Source of the DNA: Chloroflexota bacterium
GTDB lineage: Bacteria; Chloroflexota; Dormibacteria; Dormibacterales; Dormibacteraceae
Direction: 5' to 3'
Length of the DNA: 64,000 bases
Assembly (NCBI GenBank): GCA_005883575.1
Contig: VBFH01000036.1
Coordinates: 2,523-66,522, forward strand
In this document: piece by piece, positions 55,997 to 64,000 of the stretch
Position numbering within the stretch: the first letter of the stretch is position 1
How the letters are laid out: each line of letters opens with the position of its first letter
Program-made: the position numbers and the translations under genes
Notes under the pieces: model-generated
Databases searched by the model: none
The model's input: the letters and a program-made list of their open reading frames with translations, nothing else
What the model was told of the DNA's origin: nothing

Positions 55997-56692
55997 TCAG
56001 CGCTCGCGATGCGGTGGCAACTCGGGCAGATCGGGCGGGGCGAGCCGTGTCGGGTCGAGCCCGGCGCGCTTGAGCATCGCGGTCGCGAGGCGATCGTAAC
56101 GATGATCGACCAGGTCGCCGACCGGGTCGGGGCTCGCGCTCATCAGCTGACGAAAGCTCAGGGAAGAAACCGCGCGGTAAGCGAGCGCCGCGCGGGCGGC
56201 GTCCGCGCGCCCGGTCATGGAGGCGATGCGGACAAACGCCAGCGCGGCGCCCGTCTCGCGGATGTCGCGCCAGCGCCAACCGGAGTACGGGAGCAGGACG
56301 AGCAGGATCGGCGGCAGAGCCACCAGCAGGCCCAGGATGATCGCCGTATGGAAGATCGCGTCGTGGATGTTCTGGCCCGCGGCGACCAGAGGATCGCCCG
56401 AGTAATGCTTCAGGGTGTCGGCCGTGTCCTCCAGGAACTTGGTCAGGATCGGGATCCCGCCCGGCACCGACTTGCGGAACGCGGCGATCCACTGGTCGAA
56501 GGTCATCCCGGTGTTCTTGATCGCGTCGGCGATCACCTCCATCTGCATCACCGTCTGATAGATCAGCCAGCCAAGGTACGCCCAGACCACCGCCCAGAAG
56601 AAGGCGATCGTGTCCGCCAGGACGCGTAGAAACGCCGGCCATCGGCGGTCCGGGTAGAGCTTGAGCATCATGTCCCGCGCACGATAAGTCAC
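55997..56692 (-). CDS. Hypothetical membrane protein
   Basis: 231 aa with at least two clear hydrophobic helices. Good GC3 bias. Confidence 0.6.
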   Translation of the reverse strand: MTYRARDMMLKLYPDRRWPAFLRVLADTIAFFWAVVWAYLGWLIYQTVMQMEVIADAIKNTGMTFDQWIAAFRKSVPGGIPILTKFLEDTADTLKHYSGDPLVAAGQNIHDAIFHTAIILGLLVALPPILLVLLPYSGWRWRDIRETGAALAFVRIASMTGRADAARAALAYRAVSSLSFRQLMSASPDPVGDLVDHRYDRLATAMLKRAGLDPTRLAPPDLPELPPHRER

Positions 56693-56920
56693 CGGGCCCT
56701 AAACAGCGCTACGGAGGACCCAGCGCCCAACGCGCGAAGGCTATAAGTGGCTAAACTTCGGCCAAACCCATGTCGCTCGATCTGTGTTTTCCGGCCCACC
56801 GGTTGATCGAAGCGCCTCACTGCTTCTGTACCTGCTAGGTCGCTAGCCCCCGGGCACACGCCCGGCCGAGAGGCGACCTGTCCTTTCCTCCGTCAACCCC
56901 CAATGAAAGGAGGCAGCAGA

Positions 56921-58309
56921 TTGGCAACCACCCTTCTCCGACCCGACCAGACCTTTTATCCGTCGCCACGCCTGGCGGCGAAAGCTCCCGTGGAGACCCT
57001 CGCCTACATGGTCACCTTCGATCCGGCGCGCAAGGAGCCCGACGGCCTCGTGACCGTGGACGTCGATCCGAAATCAAAAGGTTTCGGCAAGCAAATCGGG
57101 CGCGTCGACGCGCCCAACGTGGGCGACGAGTTTCACCACTTCGGCTGGAACGTTTGCAGCTCGTCGCTGTGTCCGTACGCCGCGCACCCGCACCTGGAGC
57201 GCAGATATCTACTCGTTCCGGGTTTGCGCTCGTCCCGCATCTATGTCTTCGACGTCAAGCCGGACCCGAAGCATCCAAAGCTCGTTCACACCATCGAGGC
57301 AAGGGAGATCGCGGACCGTGCCGGTTACAGCCGCCCGCACACCATCCACTGCGGACCTGACGGCATCTATGTCAGCGCGCTGGGCAACCCTGACGGCGAC
57401 GCCCCGGGGGGAGTCTTCGTGATCGACCACGACACGTTCGCGGTCAAGGGCCGGTGGGAGCTCGATCGCGGACCGCAGAAGCTCGCCTACGACTTCTGGT
57501 GGCACCTCGGTTACGACACCGCTATCACCAGCGAGTGGGGCACGCCGAAGATGGTCGAGGGCGGGGTCAATCCCGAGCTCCTGCTCGCGGGCGAGTACGG
57601 CCACAAGATCCACATCTGGGATCTCCCGAAACGACGCCACAGGCAGGAGATCGATCTCGGCAAGGAGTACCAGATGGTGCTCGAGCTGCGCCCGGCGCAT
57701 GACCCCAGCAAGGCCTACGGCTTCGTCGGCGTGGTCACGAGCCTGAAAGACCTCAGCGCATCGATCTGGACGTGGTACCTCGACGGATCCAGCTACAAGA
57801 TCGAGAAGGTGATCGACATCCCCGCCGAGCCGGCCGACCCGGAGGTGCTGCCACCCCTGCTCCAAGGCTTCAAAGCGGTACCGCCCCTGGTCAGCGACAT
57901 CAACCTTTCACTCGATGACCGGTGGCTCTATGTCTCCGCTTGGGGCACCGGCGAGTTCCTGCAGTTCGACGTCAGCGATCCGTTCAAGCCGAAGAAGACT
58001 GGAAGCGTCCACCTCGGCGGGATCGTCCGCAAGGCCGCGCACCAGACGAGCGGACCTCTGAACGGCGGCCCGCAGATGGTCGAGCTCAGCCGCGACGGCA
58101 AGCGCGCGTACCTCACCAACTCGCTTTACGCGAGCTGGGATGAGCAGTTCTATCCCGAGGGCATCAAGAGCTGGGCCGCGCTCATCAACGCCAAGCCCGA
58201 AGGTGGCCTCAGCCTCGACGGTGGCTTCTTCACCACATTCCAGCAGCGCACGCACCAGATCCACTTGGAAGCCGGCGACGCTTCATCTGACTCGTACTGC
58301 TACTCGTGA
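56921..58309 (+). CDS. Selenium-binding protein (SBP56) / methanethiol oxidase family
   Basis: Family-typical FYPSP..A..AP.E.LAY, HHFGWN.CSS and multiple beta-propeller repeats. AAAGGAGG Shine-Dalgarno 7 nt before the TTG at 56921. The ATG at 56903 would include the Shine-Dalgarno sequence itself. Confidence 0.85.
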   Translation: MATTLLRPDQTFYPSPRLAAKAPVETLAYMVTFDPARKEPDGLVTVDVDPKSKGFGKQIGRVDAPNVGDEFHHFGWNVCSSSLCPYAAHPHLERRYLLVPGLRSSRIYVFDVKPDPKHPKLVHTIEAREIADRAGYSRPHTIHCGPDGIYVSALGNPDGDAPGGVFVIDHDTFAVKGRWELDRGPQKLAYDFWWHLGYDTAITSEWGTPKMVEGGVNPELLLAGEYGHKIHIWDLPKRRHRQEIDLGKEYQMVLELRPAHDPSKAYGFVGVVTSLKDLSASIWTWYLDGSSYKIEKVIDIPAEPADPEVLPPLLQGFKAVPPLVSDINLSLDDRWLYVSAWGTGEFLQFDVSDPFKPKKTGSVHLGGIVRKAAHQTSGPLNGGPQMVELSRDGKRAYLTNSLYASWDEQFYPEGIKSWAALINAKPEGGLSLDGGFFTTFQQRTHQIHLEAGDASSDSYCYS

Positions 58310-58935
58310 CCGCAACTTTGTGGCCCTGGGCAGCGCTGGCGCTGCTCGGGGCCTACCACGGCGTAAACCCCGGCATGGGCTGGCTGTTTGCCGTCGCCCG
58401 TGGGTTGCAGGAGAAGAGCCGGCGCGGGGTTCTCAGCTCACTTCTGCCGATCGCGATCGGGCACGAGGCCTCGATCGCGATCGTCGTCGTGGCCGTTTCC
58501 CTCACCGAACAGCTCGTGCCGCCATTCCTCGTCCGGCTGCTCGCGGCTCTGGTGCTTGTGAGCTTCGGTGTTTACAAGCTGGCGCGCCCGCGCTCACACC
58601 CGGGAGGGTTCGGGATGCGGATCGGTCCGGCGGGTCTCGCGGCGTGGTCGTTCTTGATGTCGTCGGCGCACGGCGCGGGATTGATGCTGGCGCCTGTCCT
58701 GCTTGGCCTCCCCGTCTACGCCACGTACCACAGCCTCAGCGAGATCTCGCTCCAGGCAGTCGCGGCGGCATCGCTGCACGTCGCGGCGATGCTGGTCGTG
58801 ATGGGCGTCGTCGCGGTCGTGGTTTACGAGAAGGTTGGCCTTGGGATCCTGCGGCGCGGCTGGTTCAACATGGATTTGGGCTGGAGCTTCGTCTTGATCG
58901 CGAGCGGCGCGGTCACACTGTTTACGGCGATCTAA
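58306..58935 (+). CDS. His-containing multi-pass membrane protein, translationally coupled to SBP56
   Basis: GTGA overlap with the SBP56 stop. About 6 hydrophobic helices with YHG, IGHE and SSAHGAG motifs. Confidence 0.6.
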   Translation: MTATLWPWAALALLGAYHGVNPGMGWLFAVARGLQEKSRRGVLSSLLPIAIGHEASIAIVVVAVSLTEQLVPPFLVRLLAALVLVSFGVYKLARPRSHPGGFGMRIGPAGLAAWSFLMSSAHGAGLMLAPVLLGLPVYATYHSLSEISLQAVAAASLHVAAMLVVMGVVAVVVYEKVGLGILRRGWFNMDLGWSFVLIASGAVTLFTAI

Positions 58936-59684
58936 CCAATCGCGAAGTCGACCTCGACTGTGACCTGCACGTCCATCTGGCCGACTGGGACCTGGGTCGG
59001 GGTCGCAGCCACCGCGCCTGTGGCCGCCAGATACGGTGTAGGCGGCCGGCTGTTCGCCGAGAGGTCGCTGACGCGGATGACCTGTCCAAGCTTCACGCCG
59101 GCCGCCGACGCCATCGCCTGCGCCTTGGATCGTGCGTCGGCGATGGCGAGCGTCCGGGCCTCGGCCTGAGCCGATTTCGGGTCGGCGATCCCGAAGCTGA
59201 CCGAGATGTTGGTCGCGCCGCCCTCTTGAACGATCGCGTCGAGCGTCTTGCCGACGGTGTCGACATTGTGCCACTTGATGTGCAGCTGCTCGCTCGCGCG
59301 GTACCCCGTGATCGTCTCCCCGGAAGGTCCGTAGACCGGACCCACCCAGTAGCCGGCGGTGTTCATGTCCTTGTCGGCCACGCCGAGCGACTTGAGCCGC
59401 GCGACCAGCTTGGCAGTCTTGGCGGCAAGGTCGCTTTGCGCCGCGGACGCCGTGCCTTGCTGCGACTGGACGCCGGCGTCGACGACGGCGAGGTCCGGTT
59501 TCCTGGAGACGATGGCGTCGCCACTGGTCAAGATCGCCGACTGAATAGTCGATGAAGATGTCGTGCTGGCCGCGTTGACCAGCAACCCCGGCCGTCCGGA
59601 GGCCAAGACCATGGCCCCAACGGCAAACGTGACTGTGATCGCAAGTGCGGCGGATATGGCGGCGATCCGAACCGATGGGGACAT
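58932..59684 (-). CDS. SIMPL / DUF541 family secreted protein
   Basis: N-terminal signal/anchor, then a SIMPL-like repeat pattern (...GY.....L.I........G..LD........NI..V.F...D...A...A...A...A...A...A). AGGAGG Shine-Dalgarno before the ATG at 59684. Confidence 0.8.
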   Translation of the reverse strand: MSPSVRIAAISAALAITVTFAVGAMVLASGRPGLLVNAASTTSSSTIQSAILTSGDAIVSRKPDLAVVDAGVQSQQGTASAAQSDLAAKTAKLVARLKSLGVADKDMNTAGYWVGPVYGPSGETITGYRASEQLHIKWHNVDTVGKTLDAIVQEGGATNISVSFGIADPKSAQAEARTLAIADARSKAQAMASAAGVKLGQVIRVSDLSANSRPPTPYLAATGAVAATPTQVPVGQMDVQVTVEVDFAIG

Positions 59685-59781
59685 GGTCGGTGACCTCCTA
59701 TGGCGTTTGGCTCGGAAACGACGCCCGTGGTCGTGAGGTAACACGAGGCTTTCCGCCGCGGATTGGCTCAGCTCGGCGAGG

Positions 59782-60384
59782 TTGCTCCTCGTGCCCCTGA
59801 TCTGGCTTTTTGCGCTGGCCGGTCAGAGCCACGTCGTCGGAGTCGGTTTGATCGTGGCCGGGCTGACGGACGCGCTCGACGGCCACCTGGCCCGTCGTTT
59901 TCGGCAGGCGTCGGTCCGTGGCGCGCGGCTCGACGCTGTCGCCGACACCGTGCTGATGATCTCGGTATCAGTCTGGCTGGAGATCCTGCACCCTCGGATA
60001 CTTCGCGACTACGGCGCCATCGTGGCAGCCACAGGAATCGTGTACGCGACGTCGGTGGCGGTGAGCGCGTTCACCTTCCGCCGCATTGTCGATCCACGAC
60101 AGATGTCGTCGAAGATCGCGGGCGGGCTCCTCTATCTGTTCGCGCTGGTCACGCTGCTGGTCGGTGACCTCGAGCCGCCACTGCTGATCGCCGCGCTGGT
60201 TGCCCTCGAGGTGTCCTCGTTGGATACGATCGTCAAAGCCACCAGGACGATCCACGCCAACGCGAGCGCGAGAAGGCATCGCTCCCAGGCGCCCCAGGCA
60301 GCGAAGGAAGTGGTCAACAGCACGAGCCCGACACCCAGCACGCCGAGCTCGGCCGTGCCCAGGATCAGCGACATCCGGCCGTAG
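59782..60384 (+). CDS. CDP-alcohol phosphatidyltransferase family protein
   Basis: DG-x2-AR-x8-G-x3-D-x3-D is present as DGHLARRFRQASVRGARLDAVAD. The family-typical N-terminal segment (DWLSSARLLLVPL) begins upstream of the first TTG. Confidence 0.7.
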   Translation: MLLVPLIWLFALAGQSHVVGVGLIVAGLTDALDGHLARRFRQASVRGARLDAVADTVLMISVSVWLEILHPRILRDYGAIVAATGIVYATSVAVSAFTFRRIVDPRQMSSKIAGGLLYLFALVTLLVGDLEPPLLIAALVALEVSSLDTIVKATRTIHANASARRHRSQAPQAAKEVVNSTSPTPSTPSSAVPRISDIRP

Positions 60385-60770
60385 GTTCGCCCAAGCGCGA
60401 GCGGAGCGGCGGTCAGGCCCAATACCGCGACTCCGGACGCCACCCGATGCGCAGCGGTGGCGCTTGCCGAGCCGGGGTCGAGGTGAATGGCCGCGGCGCA
60501 CACGAACGCCACTCCGGCCAACGCCAGCGCCGCGCGCCCGATTATTTCTCGGGGCTCGACGGCGACTGCCAGGCCAAAACATGCAAGCGCGATCAAGGCG
60601 ATCGCCCAATCGACAGCCCCGGCCGCCGGCATACCAGGTACCGCGAGCCGGCTGATGGTCCTGGTCATCGGGTCGTAGCCGGGCGTCACCACGCCCGCCA
60701 CTACCACAATCCCCAACGCCACCGGGGCAACGAGCAGACCGGCCATGGCGGCGAACCTGCGCGGGATCAC
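60132..60770 (-). CDS. DUF998-like membrane protein
   Basis: Six hydrophobic helices with TISRLA and GAWER motifs. The GTG at 60770 (GTGA overlap with the upstream stop) or the ATG at 60746 are possible starts. Confidence 0.6.
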   Translation of the reverse strand: MIPRRFAAMAGLLVAPVALGIVVVAGVVTPGYDPMTRTISRLAVPGMPAAGAVDWAIALIALACFGLAVAVEPREIIGRAALALAGVAFVCAAAIHLDPGSASATAAHRVASGVAVLGLTAAPLALGRTYGRMSLILGTAELGVLGVGLVLLTTSFAAWGAWERCLLALALAWIVLVALTIVSNEDTSRATSAAISSGGSRSPTSSVTSANR

Positions 60771-61066
60771 AGGTCGGGCCACGAGGGCGGATCGTGACCG
60801 ACGTTGGGCACGCTTCCCGTCCGCCAGTACAGCCCACGCCGCCGCTGCATCAACTCCTCGTCCACGAGGAATCGTCGGAGCGATGCGAAGTCCGGGTGGC
60901 GTCTGGCCATGACCCGATTGACCTCCGCCTCCGAGTAGAGCCTTCCGGGTTGGAAGTCTTCGACCAGCCACCTGAGCACGACCAGCCGTTTCTTGCGCTG
61001 TACCGGAATGCTGTTCAACCGGCCCGCCATGTCGACGAAATTTTCGAGCACGCGATCTTCTGCCAC
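60767..61066 (-). CDS. DUF2087-family protein
   Basis: GRLNSIPVQRKKRLVVLRWLVEDFQPGRLYSEAEVNRVM...LRRFLVDEELM.R. Confidence 0.7.
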   Translation of the reverse strand: MAEDRVLENFVDMAGRLNSIPVQRKKRLVVLRWLVEDFQPGRLYSEAEVNRVMARRHPDFASLRRFLVDEELMQRRRGLYWRTGSVPNVGHDPPSWPDL

Positions 61067-61130
61067 TGAACATTTCGAAGTTACCTCACGCTATCCCGAG
61101 ACGAAATCCGCGTCTGCTCGCGGGTAACGG

Positions 61131-62660
61131 TCAGCAGCCGGAGCGACGCGACGCGGCCGCTTGCTGGTCGGCCCAGTTGAAGGCGGCCCATGGCGCAGCG
61201 TAGGAGCGAGGGCCGATGCATGCCGCCCGGGTGATCTGAGCGCGCAGCGACCGATCGAGCTGTGTGCGAGACCCGAGCAAGGCAGGCGTCGCGTCGCTGG
61301 AAAGCTCAGACAGGTACTCGCCATCGATCTTGTGCACGCTCAGGGCGTGGCTCGTGTTGAACGCCACGACCATGGCCTCCGGGCTCGCGAGATTCAGGAC
61401 TAGCAGCAGCGCCACCGCGGTGGTGAGGGTGGCGCCGATGAACCATCGGCGGCGACGCCACACGCCCAGGAATTCCGCGGCCAGCGTGAAAAACACCACC
61501 GCCAGCCACGCGGCGAAGATGTGGCTGTACAGGCGCAGCATCGTGAATCCATAAGCCTCCTCGTACAGGCTTAGGCGGCGGAACGCGACCGCATCGATCA
61601 TCAAGGTCAGCGCGATCGCGCTGAGGGCAAGCACCATGAAAGCTCGCCTCGCGTTGCGCTCCGCGAAGTTGCTGATGCGGCTGAAGAGCACGAGCAACAC
61701 CAGCGTGATTCCGCTCACCCAAAGCAACTGGAAGAAACCGGAACGCGCGTAGTCGGCGTAGGTGACGCCCGCCGCGCGCAGGGTGGAGCCGGCCGCTCCC
61801 GACACCGCAAGCACCTGGGCGACCGCGAAGGCTGCAAAAACCGCGTCGAGGATGGCGAGCACGACGAGCGCCTCGGTCGCGCCGAGCCGCCATACCGGAC
61901 CGTCGATGCGGTCTAGTGGCTCGGATGCGGTCAGGCGCAGAAGACCCGCTGCCCACATCGATCCCATGAGCACGAATACAACGTCCAACAACAGCTGCCC
62001 GATGTCGATGTTGAGGTTGAAGAACGATGCGAACACCGGGTCGGCCGATGCGAGCAGACCGGCGATGAGGACAGCGATCGGCAATGCGATCAGGACGCCA
62101 CGGAGGACGGGCGCGGCCGAGCTCAGCTTTCCCCGCGCGTGCACGGCCGGCCGGGCAACAAAACCGGCGCCGGCGGCGAGCTGGACCAAGGCATGGAAGA
62201 ATCGAGCGGCCAGCTCGGCGGCGCCGAGGTCGAAGGCCGACCCGCGTGAGGCGAATGAAGCCGCCAGACCCAGCAAGATGAGAATCGCCAGGAGATCGGG
62301 CCACAGCAGCCATGGGCTCGCGCGAACCGTCAACCAGCATGCGAACAACACCGCGGCAACCACGAGCAGCCGGGACTGGGCGCGCTCGAGCCGGCCGACC
62401 CGGATGGCGACCAACCCTGCGATCACAAATGTGAGCGATGCCCCGAGTCCGAATGTGCCTGTGCGTAGGGACTGGTCGGCCACCAACCCGATGAGCAGCG
62501 CACTCGCAGTCGCGATCCAGGTGGCCCGCCAACGGACCTTGACGCCGGCCCAGAGCGGAAGAGGCGCCGAACCAACCGGTCGCCAGCTCGTGCCGTCCCA
62601 ACGCCAGCGTCCGTCTGGCGACAGCTGACCGATGTGCGCGGCGGGTGTGACGTCGGCCAC
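61131..62660 (-). CDS. Large polytopic membrane protein (DUF4153/DUF4173-like)
   Basis: About 500 aa with more than 10 hydrophobic helices after a short N-terminal SPDGRWRWDGTSW motif. The GTG at 62660 avoids overlap with the divergent peptidase gene. Confidence 0.6.
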   Translation of the reverse strand: MADVTPAAHIGQLSPDGRWRWDGTSWRPVGSAPLPLWAGVKVRWRATWIATASALLIGLVADQSLRTGTFGLGASLTFVIAGLVAIRVGRLERAQSRLLVVAAVLFACWLTVRASPWLLWPDLLAILILLGLAASFASRGSAFDLGAAELAARFFHALVQLAAGAGFVARPAVHARGKLSSAAPVLRGVLIALPIAVLIAGLLASADPVFASFFNLNIDIGQLLLDVVFVLMGSMWAAGLLRLTASEPLDRIDGPVWRLGATEALVVLAILDAVFAAFAVAQVLAVSGAAGSTLRAAGVTYADYARSGFFQLLWVSGITLVLLVLFSRISNFAERNARRAFMVLALSAIALTLMIDAVAFRRLSLYEEAYGFTMLRLYSHIFAAWLAVVFFTLAAEFLGVWRRRRWFIGATLTTAVALLLVLNLASPEAMVVAFNTSHALSVHKIDGEYLSELSSDATPALLGSRTQLDRSLRAQITRAACIGPRSYAAPWAAFNWADQQAAASRRSGC

Positions 62661-62703
62661 CGTGCCGTGAAGCGGTTGAGCGGGGCAAAAGGTTACGGCT
62701 AAC

Positions 62704-64000
62704 GTGGAAGGTGAATTGGGCGTCCCTACTTCCGCGGCTGAGCGCGCCAGGATCGAGAAGCTGCTATCGGTCGCCCGGGCGACCAGACCGCTGCCCGACT
62801 CCAATGGCGCGCTTTACTTCTCATCGAACGTCACCGGACACGCGCAGGTTTTCCGCCAAACGACCGCCGCCGCCGCGGAATCCCAGCTGGTGCTGTCAAG
62901 CGAGAACCGCATGCTGCCACATGCGCACACGTCCGCCGGTCTGCTCGTGCGCGCGGATCATGGCGGCGATGAGATCTGGCAGCTCGGCCTGATCACAGAC
63001 TCCGGCTATCAGGCCCTGACCGCAGACCCGAAGGCGATTCACCGGTCGGTCGTGCTGCATCCAGACCAGCGGCGAGCCGGCCTGAGCTGGAATCCCAACG
63101 GCCAGGCCGATCTGGTCCTCGGCGAGCTCGACGTCGCGACCGGATCGCTCACTCACTGGGCCGAGCCTGGGGGCTTTTGGGAGTGGGGTGCCTGGAGTCC
63201 CGATGGTGGTCGCGCCGCGGTCGTCAAGTTGATGGGGACGCCTGCAGAGGCCTACGTGCTCAGGCCTGATGGATCGCTCACCCGGCTGCTGCCGCGCGCC
63301 CTCCGGGTCATTCCCGTCGAGTGGCTGGACGAAGGCCTCCTCGTCCTCACCGATCTCGGTCGCGACTTCCTGGGCTTGGCAATGGTCGACGAACGCCAAC
63401 CACACGTGGTGGCGAGGTGGCTGTTCGAGGAGGGGCACGAAGTCGAGGGTGCGATCGTCGATCCGGCCCGCACCAAAGTCGCCGTGGTGGTGAACGGGGG
63501 GATCTATGACGACATTCGGGTGATCGACCTGCGCAACGGCAAGACCCTGGATCGCGTCGCCCTCCCGCCTGGAGTTGTCACCAACGACCACAGCGGCGGC
63601 CCGGATTATCACGTCGCGTGGAAACCTGACGGGTCGGGGTTGTTCGTCAGCTGGGAGCACCCCACGCATCCGGCGGAGATCTACGAATGGCCGGGCGGCA
63701 CTCGGCGCACATTTACGTCAGAGCCACCAGGGGACCTCGTGTTTCCTGTCGAAGCGGCCTACGAGACCTTCGATGGTTTGAGCATCCCCGGCCTCGTCTA
63801 CCGCATCGACTCGCAGCCGCGACCGACGGTCGTGCAGTTCCACGGCGGGCCCGAAGGCCAGTCCAGGGGGACGTTCTTGCCACAGGCGCATCTTCTGAAC
63901 TCCATCGGCATCAATCTGTTTCTTCCGAACGTGCGCGGCTCGAGCGGCTACGGAATGAAATTTCAGAATCTCGATGACAAGACATTGCGATGGAACGGGG
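62704..64000 (+). CDS. S9-family serine peptidase (prolyl oligopeptidase / acylaminoacyl peptidase type), 3'-truncated by the window edge
   Basis: Open frame from the GTG at 62704 to the window end, so it is absent from the ORF track. N-terminal beta-propeller-like repeats (WSPDG, WKPDGSG), then FHGGPEGQS...NVRGSSGYG. Confidence 0.8.
   Translation, partial: MEGELGVPTSAAERARIEKLLSVARATRPLPDSNGALYFSSNVTGHAQVFRQTTAAAAESQLVLSSENRMLPHAHTSAGLLVRADHGGDEIWQLGLITDSGYQALTADPKAIHRSVVLHPDQRRAGLSWNPNGQADLVLGELDVATGSLTHWAEPGGFWEWGAWSPDGGRAAVVKLMGTPAEAYVLRPDGSLTRLLPRALRVIPVEWLDEGLLVLTDLGRDFLGLAMVDERQPHVVARWLFEEGHEVEGAIVDPARTKVAVVVNGGIYDDIRVIDLRNGKTLDRVALPPGVVTNDHSGGPDYHVAWKPDGSGLFVSWEHPTHPAEIYEWPGGTRRTFTSEPPGDLVFPVEAAYETFDGLSIPGLVYRIDSQPRPTVVQFHGGPEGQSRGTFLPQAHLLNSIGINLFLPNVRGSSGYGMKFQNLDDKTLRWNG

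Noticed and set aside
56903-58309. A link between the SBP56 'selenium-binding' gene and the candidate selenoprotein.
   Set aside because: The SBP56 family name is historical. Bacterial members are methanethiol oxidases and are not part of the Sec-incorporation machinery. The genes are 44 kb apart.

Overview
High-GC bacterial chromosomal segment, densely packed with about 60 protein genes on both strands. It also carries RNase P RNA (rnpB) and two tRNAs, Gly-CCC and Ser-GCU. I saw no rRNA, transposase, integrase, CRISPR array or recognisable defence module.

Gene content is mostly core and accessory metabolism:
- acyl-CoA carboxyltransferase plus a small biotin carrier
- ETF alpha and beta subunits, and MobA
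- an AMP-forming acyl-CoA synthetase
- an alpha-glucan cluster: sugar-1-P nucleotidyltransferase/phosphohexomutase fusion, GlgP, GH57-GlgA fusion, GT4 and an IMPase-family phosphatase, with a GH15 glucoamylase further along
- an imuA-imuB-dnaE2 SOS mutasome cassette
- a long moeB-larE-glpK-membrane-PMT-GT-C gene string
- ClpB, Fpg/Nei, a truncated haemoglobin, an SBP56 (selenium-binding/methanethiol-oxidase family) protein, and several membrane proteins

Many adjacent genes overlap by 4 nt (ATGA, GTGA, TTGA). Several divergent gene pairs are only 13-43 nt apart.

Points worth a second look:
1. A DsrE/COG2044-like ORF is interrupted by an in-frame TGA exactly where homologues carry the first Cys of a CxxC motif. 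A hairpin lies just downstream. This is a candidate selenoprotein.
2. An ANT(2'')/Lnu-like nucleotidyltransferase is embedded in the mutasome operon and translationally coupled to dnaE2. It is preceded by three tandem repeats of about 30 nt, and the operon has a LexA-type box in its promoter.
3. A GH57-glycogen synthase fusion lies in an ATGA-chained operon.
4. A 23-codon lysine-rich micro-ORF has a strong Shine-Dalgarno sequence and an intrinsic terminator.
5. Several genes have conserved N-termini that lie upstream of any ATG/GTG/TTG. Two of these have CTGA stop-start overlaps.
6. A compositionally atypical, gene-poor stretch follows tRNA-Ser.

I did not recognise a self-contained novel multi-gene system beyond these. 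All functional calls are from reading motifs by eye, with no database search.
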